Source: Glaucostegus cemiculus (lineage: Eukaryota). Taken from it: 64,000 bases of DNA. The notes below the pieces were generated by a model. It was not told the origin of the DNA. It made no database searches and saw only the letters and a list, made by a program, of their open reading frames with translations. Positions within the stretch are counted from its first letter, which is position 1; every line of letters starts with the position of its first letter. Below are positions 12,398-25,296 of this stretch, piece by piece. The stretch is taken from assembly GCA_976551045.1 (NCBI GenBank), contig CDPCPM010000060.1:22382001-22446000 (forward strand), in the 5' to 3' direction. Made by a program: the position numbers and the translations under genes.

Positions 12398-15092
12398 TCA
12401 TACACTGACACATGTAAAAGATAAGCTTTCATTTATATAATTCCTTCCAATGTGCACAGCACATACATCACAATATTAAACATTAGCTGTATAAAACTAC
12501 AGACACATTCCAATGTGTTTAAAGTTTAAATATCACATGACAACTATATCAAGTAATACTTTCAAAACTCAATGCCTATACATCCCAAGGCATAACTAAT
12601 GGGGATGTGCAAGACAAACGGTCAATTGAGGAGGTTCCACCAATTTTCTACCACTGACCCAATCGCTGTACCAAGTGTCTGTTCAAAATGCTGTACTAAT
12701 CTTGACCAGAACCAAAATAGTAGCATAGAAATACAGTAATAACTGAAAGTATACTTACAAATTTTGCAACAGCATGGGTTCATCTGATATTTTTCAGATT
12801 ATAACTGATAGATTTCCAAAAGTAATGTATATTGGTATATTAACAGAATGCTAATTTGTATGAAAATAAAACTTTTACTCTGTATAGTCCTATAAAAGAT
12901 GCATAAACTAAACATTGACATGGAAAATGATACAGTAATTGGCTAAAACAAAAGACATGAATCATGTTTACTTTTCCCCTCAAAATTTTTGATTTACTTT
13001 TATGACATCTCCTGTTGCTTTTTCAGGTTTCCAATATCCTAACTCTCTATATTTTTATTCATTGCTGATAAACTAACTTTTTCATATTACAAGATCCCTA
13101 TTTCCATTGCCTCAGTTTTACCTGAATCTTAAGTTCTTACTGGCAATGTTTAAAGCCATATAAACAAATTAATCAACTTAAAGCTTTGCACGCCCTCTAA
13201 CAATCAACAGACATTTATGCCTTAGGATGATGTGACAATGGTTCAGTTTATACATATAGTATTGGAAGGAACGCATAACACCTGTAATTCAGTCACCAAA
13301 CTTTCACAAACTAACCCCACCAAGGATAAAGCAGAGGAGCAGATATGGGTGTTTTAACATGCAGATCTCTTAAATGCAGGAAGAATGAACCTGGTCCAGC
13401 AAGACTTTCCTCTGTCGCTGAATGTTTGGGTTCTGAGTAGCTTTCTTCCTCAAGGTCATTCTCGCTGAAAGATTTAGTAGCTTTAAAAGTTCGAGTAAGA
13501 TGAGTAGCAGCTTATCAAAAGGAATGTTGAAAACTGAACTAATCATTGTTATTGTCGGATCCATAAGTGTCAAACACAAGATTTAGGGTTTAGTTTTTGC
13601 CACCTTAGCAGCAATGGAAAGACCAGAAGACATTTTAACAAGGACTTTAGAATTTCTGTCTGCAATTTATGGCAGCCCCCATCTGGACCACGTAACCAGA
13701 CCCCCAACACCAACACATGATGGGATAACATTTGTTTCCTTATTTCTGCAAATTATGAAAAAGGTTTTGTTCACATTCCTCCCTCCACCCCAAACAGATT
13801 GTTTGAATTAAGTGTGCTGCTGTTTTCTCCTGCTTGGAGAGCAGAGGTATGGTTTGAAAAATATATAAAGAAAATATAGGGTTACGCAATGACCATATAG
13901 TGCAGTCTAACAGCTGTCTGCAAATATTTTCACCATGATTATCCCTACTAAAAGTAAATCACTGGGTAAAGATAGCTCAAACGTGACAAGGCTCAACTAG
14001 GATGCAATAGACGCCCTACTGGCTACTTTTGGCTACATATGGTAGCATGTTGACTTAAGATCACCAACAATATTTCAGGGGCAAACCCTCGCTCCTGAAT
14101 TCTATGCAGCTTTTGTGAGGAGACAGTTTTATTCAGGGTTCTTAAAATGAGGTAGATAATTCTTTGAATTAAGGAATGGAAAGCTATAAGAAAGCAGCTG
14201 TATGTACATCTCCTCGACAATACTGCTGGAATTAAAACCTGCTCAAGACACATAGCAAATATCTTGGCTTGATTTTCAGTGTGGATTGATTTTGTTAAGC
14301 ACATTCAGGAGTATGTGAAGTACAGTTACATGGTCCCAATCCAATTATTCTTTGACATGCCATAAATAGGTCAGAAAATCTTCCTTTAAAAGCATATGGT
14401 CATTTATAATGCTAAAATGCTGAAGCTTGTAGGTGGGTTAAGAAAAGCTTCTGACCTGAAGATCTGACAAAGATTGACTGCAGGAGAGTTCAAAGTTCAG
14501 CAGCAGCAGATCTAAAAACAGATTTGTGGGTTAGTACTTCAACACTGTACTTTCCGTAGCAGAAGTGGACGGATTCCATTGAAATTACACAGCAACACGA
14601 CACAAAGGAGGTCAGATACCAAGCATTGTTACCAGCAGACATATAAAAATTGACAGACTTACCAAACGTCATGGGTGAAGACTAAGACTTTATACTCTTG
14701 AGAAACAATTCAATAAAAACAAACATATCACGGACCTCCAGAATACAAGATTAATCAGAACAGTGCAAACCCATTGTAATATAGGAATTGTTTTTACCTT
14801 TTTAACAAATTATAACTGCACACTTACAACAAATTTCAAACACACACACACAAAAAGCACAATGCACCACTTATCTTTTGCCGGACAGAGAAATTTTAAA
14901 AAATCAGCAAAACTATAAATAAACTTTCTGAACAAAATATACAGATTTAAATATTCAGTCACAGTTAATTTAAATATATGATACACCTGTTCATCTTGCA
15001 TAAAGCTTTCCTGAAAGTGCACCGGCCGAGGCTTCAGCTCCCTCCCCACAATCTGTCTTCCCTCCTGAGGTAATTTCCGAGGCGCGCCCCTC

Positions 15093-15269
15093 TCAGATTC
15101 TCGGAAGAAAATGAGTCATTGTCATGATGGGAGACACTCTGTTTCCTTTCTTCGTTTTGCCGTTCTTGCTCAGCGCTATGTACATGCTGGGGTACGCTCT
15201 GGACTCGTAGGCGTTGTAATTATTGGGCAGGAGAATTTCGTTGAACTTGCATTCATCATTGTAGTATGC
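15093..15269 (-). CDS. FGF4: FGF4 coding exon 3 (177 nt including TGA)
   Basis: Acceptor ttaccttccAG, then [73 protein letters not shown] is FGF4-like; FGF6 has LSKYGRVKRGSKVSP. Spliced CDS is 600 nt, 199 aa. Confidence 0.96.
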   Translation of the reverse strand, partial: AYYNDECKFNEILLPNNYNAYESRAYPSMYIALSKNGKTKKGNRVSPIMTMTHFLPRI

Positions 15270-16697
15270 CTGGAAGGTAAGAAGATAGTTCTTAGTGGGA
15301 CTTTCCATCTGCTGGATCCATTATTGCAAGGACATGGATATACATTTATTCCCAAAAGTTGTAGACCAGTGACCCTCGAAAAGTAACGTGGCACGCTCTA
15401 ATGGCTCAGCACACTTGCTATAAAAATTGAAGAGACGTCACTCCTCTGGTTTGGGGAGAAAAGCTCCCATAGATTTTGGTTTCTTAATTACTTTGGAACA
15501 GGCTTAACTTACTCATTACATAGCATGTAACCCATATGCAGGTTCTGGGGATTTTTGACTGGTCAGTACCATAATAGATTTCTGGGTATGAAGGGATAGT
15601 GTAGGGCAATGGCATTGAGGCAGAGAAGGAGCCATGCTCTTGATGAATGGCGTAGACCAGATGGTCTACTCCTGCTCCTATTTCCTCTGCTCTTCTGAGC
15701 GCCAGAAAGTTCACACTAATCCTCTTGACTACATTGACCAAAAAGGAGTAAATATAACGGACAATCGCAGCCCGCAGTTGGAAGTTGCCCAATTCCTAGC
15801 AGCCACTTGAGAAGTTGTTAGCCAATTTTCAGACATCGCTACAGCTGACTCCAGATTCTTATCTGCCATCCTTCTGTGCATGTGATCTCGCCTACCGTTT
15901 CCCTGAACGCAATATTCCTGCGATGTGCATTATCATCTCAGAAATGGTGTCTGTAGAGTTTAACCGGCTATTATTTGTTATTATTGTATAAAACCATCAA
16001 CACATAAAGCAGTAGCACGCATGTTAACGTCGAAATCCTCTCTGATAGTTACCGGGCGGCAAAAAGGAGAATATCCTCGTGGGGGACTGCTGTATTAATA
16101 GTTGGATGTATCATTACCATTTATACTGTTTACTCGGTGAGCTTCACGCAAGCGAGGAATTTCATTGCACTCTGGTGTATATGACAATAAACTAATCCGA
16201 TCTGATCTAACTTTGACACATTTCGGATCAGAGATAACACTCAGACTTGACAATTTGTGATATTAATACAGCCCGAAGCTATTTGAATAGTTTTCCTGTA
16301 GCAGGTAAATTATGGTGCAACATTTTCAGAAAGAAAGGCACGATTATAGACACAATTCTCCAGGGGAACAAATCACTCTATATGTGGGAAGACTGTACAA
16401 TATGGGTGGTCCACTTTGACGGATCCTATTTTACACTGGAGAGGACAGTGGATGCATGTGCTGGCTAGAAATGCAAAGAATGGTATGCACTTGAAAGACG
16501 GACAAACTGATCCATAGCATCTATCTATATTTCATCCTCCACGCACAATAAAGCGTGTACAGCGTTTAAGAATGCAGTTCGTGTCCAATGAAAATATAAT
16601 GCACAATAGATCTTCAAAGCGTCTCTTAAGTACACCCACATTTCATCAGCAAGTAACAGGAACTTTCTGACACAAAATAACTCGTTTGTATAATTAC

Positions 16698-16801
16698 CGA
16701 TCCATAAAGTTTGCCTTTGCTGTTCATGGCGACAAATAACCCACTTCTGACACCGAGAAGGCTGACGACCCCTCTTTCCACAGGAGAAATCTCCAAAAGG
16801 C
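16698..16801 (-). CDS. FGF4: FGF4 coding exon 2 (104 nt)
   Basis: Pyrimidine tract plus cacAG acceptor, then (S)LLEISPVERGVVSLLGVRSGLFVAMNSKGKLYGS, then donor TCG|GTAATT. A 104-nt exon 2 is typical of this FGF subfamily and its phases join exons 1 and 3. Confidence 0.96.
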
Positions 16802-17009
16802 CTGTGCAGAGAGAAGAGAGAAATGTCAAGAGCGCTTCCTGCGTTCGCTGCGGCATCCCCAGGCAAACCACAGCCAGCTGAAGTGTTTGATCCCGTCACA
16901 ACAATAGTCCATGATTAAAAAGCTGCTGTAAACTTTGAATGCTGGTGGTTTTAATCACCGTCCAGATATTTAGGAGGTAAGAACACCTGATTCCGTCACC
17001 ACGGCTGTA

Positions 17010-17080
17010 GGGGAGGGTGAGGGACAGGGGGGAAGAGAGAGGGAGGGAGAGAGAGAGGGAGCTAGAGAGAGAGAGAGAGA
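17010..17080. repeat. Purine-rich (GA)n microsatellite in FGF4 intron 1
   Basis: gagagagggagggagagagagagggagctagagagagagagagaga. Confidence 0.9.
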
Positions 17081-17665
17081 TCTCATTGAAGAAATAAGAC
17101 GCGTTAAGATTTCAAGCAGGAACAAGGTTGATGCAGTGTCTTATACGGGCTATCTAGACTGGGAACATTCCTCACTGCATGGCAACAAAAACAACGTGCA
17201 TTCTGTCTCTTTAAGAACATTAATCAGAACCAGCATGGTCTAACAATTCCCCAGGGACATAAACAAAAATTATATCGCTCAGTTCACAGTCCCAGCGCAA
17301 TCATTCATAACCCACGCTTCACACGTTAAGATCTATCTTCAAAGGGCACTTGTTGCGTTCTGACAAGCTATTTTTCTGCGATTTGTCTCTATGTTTATAC
17401 TAAAATAAAAATCATTTGCTTATATCCTTCCCTCCTCCTGGTACGCTGTTTGCAGTTCAATAAAACTGTTGATTGCAAAAGGCAACCAGAAATCTGACAT
17501 TTTAGTTTGTGAATGATAAATGTATATTAGATACACAATGAGTGTCCCAGAAAATAATCTCTTCTCTCAATCGATCTATAAATAAGCACTGATGTGTGGT
17601 CGGTCGGAGAGATTATACATACCATAGAATAGGGTGCAAGCAACTTTTAGTGATAGTATACTTAC

Positions 17666-17984
17666 TGTATCGATTCTCATTGTGTATGCCATTAATCCTT
17701 CCGTCGGGCAATACTTGAAGGTGAAATCCGATGCCGACGTTGCAGTAAAGCCGTCTCAGTCGTTTGATACCCAGCAGATAGTCCGTCTCCCGGCTGATGG
17801 CCTTCCTCTCCCCGGGGAGTCGAGACAGGGAGCGGGACAGGAGAGTCTCCCACCTGCGTTCCAAGGTAGCGTTGGACTGGGCAGAGAGAGGAGCGCAGCG
17901 CACCAAACCAGACACAAGCCCAAGAACCAAGATTGGCAAGGAAGCCGATTGAATTGTTGCGTTGCAGAACATCCTGATCAACAT
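17666..17984 (-). CDS. FGF4: Fibroblast growth factor 4, coding exon 1 (signal peptide and start of FGF core)
   Basis: Translates MLIRMFCNATIQSASLPILVLGLVSGLVRCAP...ERRWETLLSRSLSRLPGE...DYLLGIKRLRRLYCNVGIGFHLQVLPDGRINGIHNENRY. The RRWETL..RS..R.PGE and GIH.ENRYS segments match non-mammalian FGF4 as remembered. Donor A|GTAAGT at 17665; 319 nt, phase 1. First in-frame ATG is 17984; a second ATG with better context (aggATG) is at 17972. Confidence 0.93.
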
Positions 17985-18277
17985 GTGCACACGTGGTTGG
18001 GAATCTATTGCACTAAAAATACCTCGACTCTAGCTCCACTTTCTCGCTTTATTTTGGGAGCACATTAAAAAAAAAACAAATGCTCAAGACGAAGATGAGC
18101 TCTTCTTTACATTGGAAGACTGCATTGGAGGTTCGTCCGCGACAGTTGCCTTAAGGAAGTTTATTTCAACTTGCAATCCGCTTCAAGTGCTCAGTGTTGG
18201 AGTCAGGGCAAGAGCTCTCTGTGAAGTGTTCTTCCTCTGACAGTTACAGCCATACCAACTACCCTCTGACCACGATA

Positions 18278-18383
18278 TTTATATCCATCTGCATGCTTAC
18301 CTATTACATCATCACCTAACCCACTTTACGCTCATTCACTCCAAGTTACTGAATTCGCATCATCGTGAGATTCATGGGCCAAT
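18278..18383 (-). promoter_or_regulatory. Putative FGF4 core promoter: TATA box and inverted CCAAT box
   Basis: Minus-strand TATAAA at 18283-18278, about 295 nt upstream of the ATG. ATTGG on the minus strand (CCAAT on +, 18379-18383) lies about 100 nt further upstream. The TSS is inferred near 18250. Confidence 0.6.
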
Positions 18384-20629
18384 GATTTCACACTGAACAG
18401 ACTTGTTTTGAAGTTAACTTTTCAAACTTTGTCTGTATATGTGTTTATGCATGTGTAGAATGTCTGTGCGCACGCCTCTCTATAGCAATATATATAGCAG
18501 ACCATATAGCAGAATCGAGACAAATATTGCTCAATATACACAATATAGTCTCTCTCTGTATAGTCTCTCTCTGCATATAAACGTCTACATATTAGCCGAA
18601 TATGCATTCACAGCAAATGTTTTAATTCCTGCATTAAGATTTTACTTTGTTAAATTATAGTCTTGAAGAGTGTCATAGCGAATTGCAGCGTGCTAGCTGT
18701 TGTTTATTCCTACATGTTTATACATTTATAAATTTAGGATGAAATATCGCGCTCTGCGCTGGCTCCTAACTCGGGCAAGTTGAGAGAAAGACCGAACAGT
18801 GCGTCCTAAAATCCACCGATAGGGTGAATGCACCAAGCACAGCTCCGGAGAAGCGCAAGGTTCGGTATTTCAACTGTCTTAATATAATACATTCTCACTT
18901 AAAAGTTTCCCTTCCATTATAAAGTCGCTCTTAACCCGTGTGCAGCAGTGCCGTGAAATGCAAAGTTATTATAACAGAGAAAATGGCAATGCAATTCCAT
19001 TTTTAAAACTTTACCGTTATGTTTATGCTTGAATATCTTACATTCTGATGCACAATTAGGAATGATTCTCACCATAAGCAAGTTAGTTCAAATGAAACAA
19101 ATCCTTTCCAAATTGTCTCATATTGGTCTGCTTTGGATCAAATGTTAACACAAGTTTTAGAAGGGACCCCTCTCAGAATAATGAATTGCATTGATTTTGT
19201 TTAAAAAGCACGCCAAATGTCAGCCCCTGCGTGACAAATGCCCGGGCCGCCAGTATTTTAAAGTCAACAGGTGCCCAGATGTCAGATCGCTTGGACGAAA
19301 CGGCGAATGGACGCACAACGTATTAAAAGTGAGTCAGGTCCCTGTAACCCAGCGGTAATCCTGCCTTTTTCACTTTGAGCACAGAGCGTTTGAAGAGAGA
19401 CCTCCCGCTGCCCAGCGATATGCAGAGTAGTGCCACGGGCAAGGCGACAGCTCAGTGTAGGTGCGTAACTCAGTGACCTTCGCAAACTTGGATGCTGCGC
19501 TTTTGTCTTTTTTTAGTCCTGACATATATATCAGCGAGCGTTAGAACGTGTCACAGGGTCCCAGGGCATACACTAATTGATTGGTCTTCAGATTGGGATT
19601 TGTTGTTGTCACCTCTAACCTGCACGGGTCCCTTAACTTTGAAAGGTGTGACAGCGAAATTTGACGCACTCGGATCAATATGGTCTAGCACTCTTTCCAA
19701 GTCACCCGCTCTTTATTGGTTAGATGGAACATTGTAATCATGTGCAAATTTGGTCAAAGATTAACCAAAGGAAGTTCATATAGCTGTTTAAACGAGTGCG
19801 TCTGGTGGGGGTAGGGGCGCGGAGGGCTACAGATAGAGCAGAGTAGGCTTTATGGTCCTTTCAAAGATCTAGCACAGGAAAAGTGGGCCGAAGGGTCTTC
19901 TTCTGAGCTACGCCTTTCCAAACCCCACCGGAGTGGTTATAATCCTGATTCGTTCAACGTGCTGACTGGACAAAGCTGGTACTAGCCTTGATTTTCTGGG
20001 GAAAATGGAATAATCCAAGATAGTCCCTGATTCCCGCCTCAAAGCACCGCTCAGCCCCAGTGTGTTCCCTTTGTTTCTTTGGAAACTCTTTTAGTAGATA
20101 TTAGCCGCCAGTGGAAGATACGCCTGACAACGTTTTCTCACGTTCACGACTGGCTGATTCTGTATAATATATTTTCATAAAAACTCAGTTTACATAGTCC
20201 ACAGGCCAGCCCAGCAATGCGGGTCTCTCTCCCGGTGGGCTGGATAGAATTGCAACAACCCCTGTGGGAGACTTATTTAACAATTCCCCTTTCCCAACCC
20301 CGGGCTATTAGTATTTTTTTTATTCCACCGCCATGCGTTTTGCATATAAGTCTCCACGTCTTCATTCTGTCGGCTCATTTGCTCTATCTGTACCTTATTT
20401 GTATCCCGTTGTTGACGTTAGCAATGGTCAGAACTTGTTTGGAAATCATAACTTTGCCACGGCATTGATGTTGGGCGCACAAACTAGCGCACCGTCTGAC
20501 AAAAGTCACATGAACACCAGATAAAGGGTTAGATATGTCCAAACAGGTGTGACATCCCGGCAACTTGAGAGTGGATAATGCTATAAACAGATGGAGGTGA
20601 ATGTTAGTTGGGTAGCAAAGTATGAATGA

Positions 20630-21020
20630 TTAAATCTTCCCTTCAGTTCCCCTGCATCGGGAAAGTAGCCAAAATAGTCAAACAGCCTGGCCATTCTCTC
20701 TTCTCCCCCCTTCCATCGGGCAGAAGATACAAAAGCTTGAGAACATTTAACCATCACGCTCAAGCACAGCTCCTAACCGGTTGTTATAAGACTCTTGAAC
20801 GGATCTCTTGTTGGATAAAGATGAACTCTTGATCTCTCAATTTACCTCGTCATGGCCCTTGCACCTTATTGTCTGCCTGCACTGCACTTCATCTGTAACT
20901 GTAACAATATATTCTGCATTCTGTTATTGTTTTCCTTTTGTACTACCTTGATGTACTTAAGTATGGAATGATCTGTCTGGACAGCATACAAGCAAAGCTT
21001 TTCACTGTATCTCAGTACAT
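20630..21020 (+). mobile_element. Rex1/Babar-like LINE 3' end, with its tail interrupted by a SINE
   Basis: PGHSLFSPLPSGRRYKSLRT followed by the shared 3' UTR (ccttgcaccttattgtctgcctgcactgcact). Confidence 0.85.
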
Positions 21021-21021
21021 G

Positions 21022-21306
21022 TAAGATAAGACATCGTTATTAGACACATGTACATGGAAACATGCATCTTTTTTGCGTAGTGTGTTCTGGGGAAGCCCAC
21101 AAGTGTCACCATGCTTCCAATGCCAACATAGCATGGCCACACTTCCTAACCTGTATGTCTTTTGGAATGCGGGAGGAAACCGGAACACCCGGAGGAAACC
21201 CATGTAGACACAGGGAGAACGTACAAACTCCTTACAGATAGTGGCGGGAATTGACCCCAGTTTGCTGGCGCTGTAAAAGCATCACGCTAACCGCTACACT
21301 ACCGTG
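21022..21306 (-). mobile_element. SINE type A
   Basis: Reverse complement of the type A consensus. Confidence 0.88.
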
Positions 21307-21339
21307 ACAGAATGACTTACTGAACTCTGCTGTTCTTTG

Positions 21340-22180
21340 AGAAGGTTCTCTTGAATGTTTATCTCCATCCATTGAGCCTCCATTTAGTATCTTATCTGAA
21401 GGATGACATCTCCTGGAAAGTACTTAGGCATTCCCTTGGGATTGAGGTTCCTTACATTCTCACTAGGTTTGTGGGTTCTGAGGTGGCCAAACTCTTCCAG
21501 AGATGGGGCAGGTGGTGGTTAAAGGGGGTGGGCAGGTGGGTAGATGGGAGGTGTCAACTCCTTCTGCTGCTTCTGTGTGCTCCCAAAGCACGACCACAAG
21601 GCACTCTATACACCCCACTCCAAAAACAAACTCTTCCTCTGTCCACCTGGTAATGCTTTCCCATGACAGAGCTTGGAATAGAATGTATTGGGAGTCTGGT
21701 GTTGGACATGCAAGTGACATGGCCCACCCTTTGGAGCTAAGTGACTGTCAGGAGGACCCTGGAATTGGGGATGTTGGCTTAGGAGAGGATGCTGACTTCA
21801 CTTTGCTTATCCTTCCACTGAATTTGGAAGATTTTGTGGAGACAGTGTTAGCAGTATTTTTTCCAGTGCGTTGAGGTATCTGTTATAGGTAGTTCCAACC
21901 TCAGATGTATATGGGAGGGCAGGGATCACAACTGGCCAGCAGACCATAAATTTTCTGCTGGGTCTGAGGTCTTCATTATCAAACACTTTTTTTTCTCAAG
22001 TTGTGCTGATGCACTAAAGGCAGTGGTGAATGTCGTTGCAGTTGTCTGCCATTGCTGAGAGGTGGCTTCTGAGATATGGAAAGTGGTCCCTGTCTTCCAG
22101 TCTCTCAGAGTGAACCATTTTGTCAGAAGGCCGTGTGGTGTATGCTCAGAGTCCCAAATCCAAGCCATAGTCAATGTTTA
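21340..22180 (-). mobile_element. Degraded RTE LINE 3' fragment
   Basis: The minus strand carries remnants of RTE C-terminal coding (IPALxYTSE..., CLHKIFQIQWKDK...VL...PIP, xVxRMSNTRLP) with many frameshifts. Confidence 0.65.
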
Positions 22181-22189
22181 TACTGAAGC

Positions 22190-22750
22190 ACTTTCATTCA
22201 ATTCTGGTCATCCCATTACAGGAAGGATGGGAAGGTGATGGAGAGGGTGCAGAAGAGGTTTACCAGAACGCTGCCTGGATTAGGGTGTGTGTGTAATAAG
22301 GAGGATTTGGACAAACTTTGGTTGTTTTCTCTGGAGTGGAGGAGGCTGAGGGGAGACCTGATAGAATTTTATAAAATTATGAGAGTCACAGATAGAGCAG
22401 ACAGCTGGTATCTTTTCCCCAGGGATGAAGTGTCTAATACTAGAGGGCATGCACTTGAGGTGAGAGGGGGTAAGTTCAAAGGAGATGTGCGGGGCAGGTT
22501 TTTTTATGCAGAGAGAGGTGAGTGCCTGGAGTGTACTGCCAGGGATGGTAGTGGAGACAAATATAATAGAGGCGTTTAAGAGGCTCTTAGATTGGCACAG
22601 GACTATGCAGAGAATGGAGGGATATGGGCATTGTGTAGGCAGAAACAATTAGTTTAGTTGGGTATTTAATTATAAATTTAATTAGTTCAGCACAACATCA
22701 TGGGCTGAAGGGCTTGTGCCTGTATTGTGCTGTACTGTTCTATGTCCTAT
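22190..22750 (+). mobile_element. CR1 3' fragment
   Basis: MERVQKRFTRTLPGL...RLRGDLIEFYKIMR; ends gctgtactgttctatgtcctatg. Confidence 0.9.
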
Positions 22751-22781
22751 GGAGCAAATGAAAGGATGGGCCTTACACTCA

Positions 22782-23080
22782 AGATAAGATAAGATAACTT
22801 TATTAGTAACATGTATATCGAAACACACAGTGAAATGTATCTTTTGCATAGAATTTCTGGGGGCAGCCCACAAGTGTCGCCACACTTCCAGCATCAACAT
22901 AGCATGCCCACAGTGCCTAACCCGTACATTTTTGGAATGTGGGAGGAAACCGGAGCACCCAGAGGAAATTCACAGATACATGAATGGAGAACATACAAAC
23001 TCCTTACAGACAGTGGCCGGAATTGAATCCGGATCACTGGCACTGTAATAGCGTTACACTAACTGCTACAGTACTGTGCC
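22782..23080 (-). mobile_element. SINE type A
   Basis: (aagat)n tail on +, with body and head reverse-complemented. Confidence 0.88.
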
Positions 23081-25011
23081 AGCCTCAACATCCACAAGAC
23101 AAAGGTTCTCCATCACCCTCTCTCCCAACATGCCTGCAATTCTCTACTCTCCTCCAGTACTAGGAGTGTCAGTGCAGATCAACTACAGTAATGTCAGGAG
23201 TGGGACTGGAACTCAGGAATAATTTTGACACCTATTCAGCCCCTTTTATGTACAACCACTCAATTAACTTTGGCCTAAGTTGTACATTGATTCCATTAAC
23301 TTGCCTTTGACCCACTTCCATTGATCCATTTCCCTCACTAAAGTTTCCCAATTTCAACCTTGAAGTCACAGTTAACCCAACATTCCCAACCTCTTGTCTG
23401 TTAAGAAGCTGGTTTATTCTTTCAATTCCTGGCATGAATCTAGTGAACAATTGTTTCATCTCTTCAAGGCCATGGCACCCATTCTATTGTGGTGTCTGAA
23501 ACTCAATGCAATGCTCCAGACTGGATGTGGTCAAAGTTCTGTATGACAGGAGCACTATGTTCCCCTCATTTATTCCATATTCTTGTCCTGCTATTAACAT
23601 TTTGATTCATCTTTCATACCTCTGCCTCAGTTGATAATACTTCCGAGATACATACTTCCGAAAGACCTAAACCCCTTTGGCTTTTTACTATTTCTCATCG
23701 ATCTGCTTAGAACACAGACTGCAATCCCTTACTGCAATATTAACTTTGCACTGAACTTCACCTGACACTGTTTTCCCCATGAACTGGATCTGCTGTACTT
23801 TTTCTTCTCTTATTTATAATTCACTATGTCCCCTTGCAATGTATCATTCCAGACCCAACTTTCTTTTTCTCCAAAGCCCTTGAATGTGCTGTATTCTCCC
23901 AAATTAATGCCCACATTAAATCCCTCCAATCAGGTCCCTTCCCACATCAGTAGCAAAATCAATTTTATTGATAACACTCCTACATCATTATGATATAAAT
24001 AACCTCATCCATCTCAATGTGTCTGCAGTCTTTGCCATGGTTGATCACACCATTTTAATCTAGTGCCTTGAATCTGTTATGCCAGTGATTGGGACTACAG
24101 TCAATGATCCAATTTTTATCTGGACTTAGCCAGAGACTCAACAACTCAGCACTCTTTAGTCCTCAGTCATTCCCTTTGATATCCTCCATGTATGCATTGT
24201 TGTTCCTCAACCTACGTTGCTTGGCCTCACCAACCAAAAACATGGCATCGTGCATGATAACAGCATCCATTTTACCTCAGCACATTCTCTCTTATCCACT
24301 CCAACATTTGCAAATTGACTGTAGTCCTGTACTGGTTGAGCAGGAATTTCATTGAATGACAGTCATGGACATACAGCACGGAAACAGGCCCTTCAGCCCA
24401 TCATGTCGATACTGGCCTTCAAATACTTATCTCCACTAATCGCAATTTCCAGCACTCAGCCCTAGGGACCAGAGAGTTTCTTCCCACCAAATGTTGGGTA
24501 GACCTTTGCTAATTGCTGTTGAAAGAGCATGGCTGGGGATGAGAAACCAGGCACAGATTCAAAGGGAGAGAAACATAAATGGAAGCCAAAGGCAGAAAAT
24601 TGGTGAGAGAGAGCAAAAAAGAATTGGACAGGAGACAAAAAAAATGTCTGGCTGTGTTTCATGGTGTGGATCTAAATATGAGGAGTTTAGGGAAGAAAAC
24701 AGATGAGGAAGTGGCACCAAAAGACACGTGGAAGTATGATATCTGAACAATTCCTGAAACGTGGATTAACGAGGGCAGCTAAATATTCTGGGTTACAATG
24801 TTACAGGATTGAAAGGTGATAAAAGAAGGAAGGAGGCAGTGGCGATATTGGTGAAAGAAACATGCACATGAGAAGGATGATAGATGGATTATCATCCGTA
24901 TATGTGGCTGAACTAAAGATCACACTGCTTGGATTGTACTAAAGTCCTCCAACCAGTTACAGTAGAACAAATTTGTAAGCAAGTTTTTGGGAAGTGAAAA
25001 ATGCTAGATGA

Positions 25012-25296
25012 GATTTCTTTATTAGTCACATGTACATCGAAACACACAGTGAAATGCATCTTTTGCGTAGAGTGTTCTGGGGGCAGCCCGTAGGTGTCGC
25101 CATGCTTCCAGCACCAACATAGCATGCCCACAACTTCCTAACCCGTACATCTTTGGAATGTGGGAGGAAACTGGAGCACCCGGAGGAAACTCATGCAGAT
25201 ACAGGGAGAACCTATAAACTCCTGACAGGCAGTGGCAGGAATTGAACCTGGGTCGCTGGTGTTGTAATAGAGTTATGCTAACCACTACACTACCGT
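25012..25296 (-). mobile_element. SINE type A inserted in the degraded CR1
   Basis: Reverse complement of the type A consensus. Confidence 0.88.

Noticed and set aside
12841-12860. ATGCTAAT octamer as the Fgf4 Sox2/Oct4 enhancer
   Set aside because: No CTTTGTT Sox site sits 3 bp upstream, and the orientation is opposite to the mouse element as remembered.
15093-17984. Calling the gene FGF6
   Set aside because: Diagnostic segments ([37 protein letters not shown]) fit FGF4 better, although the terminal SPIMT..FLPRI is shared with FGF6.
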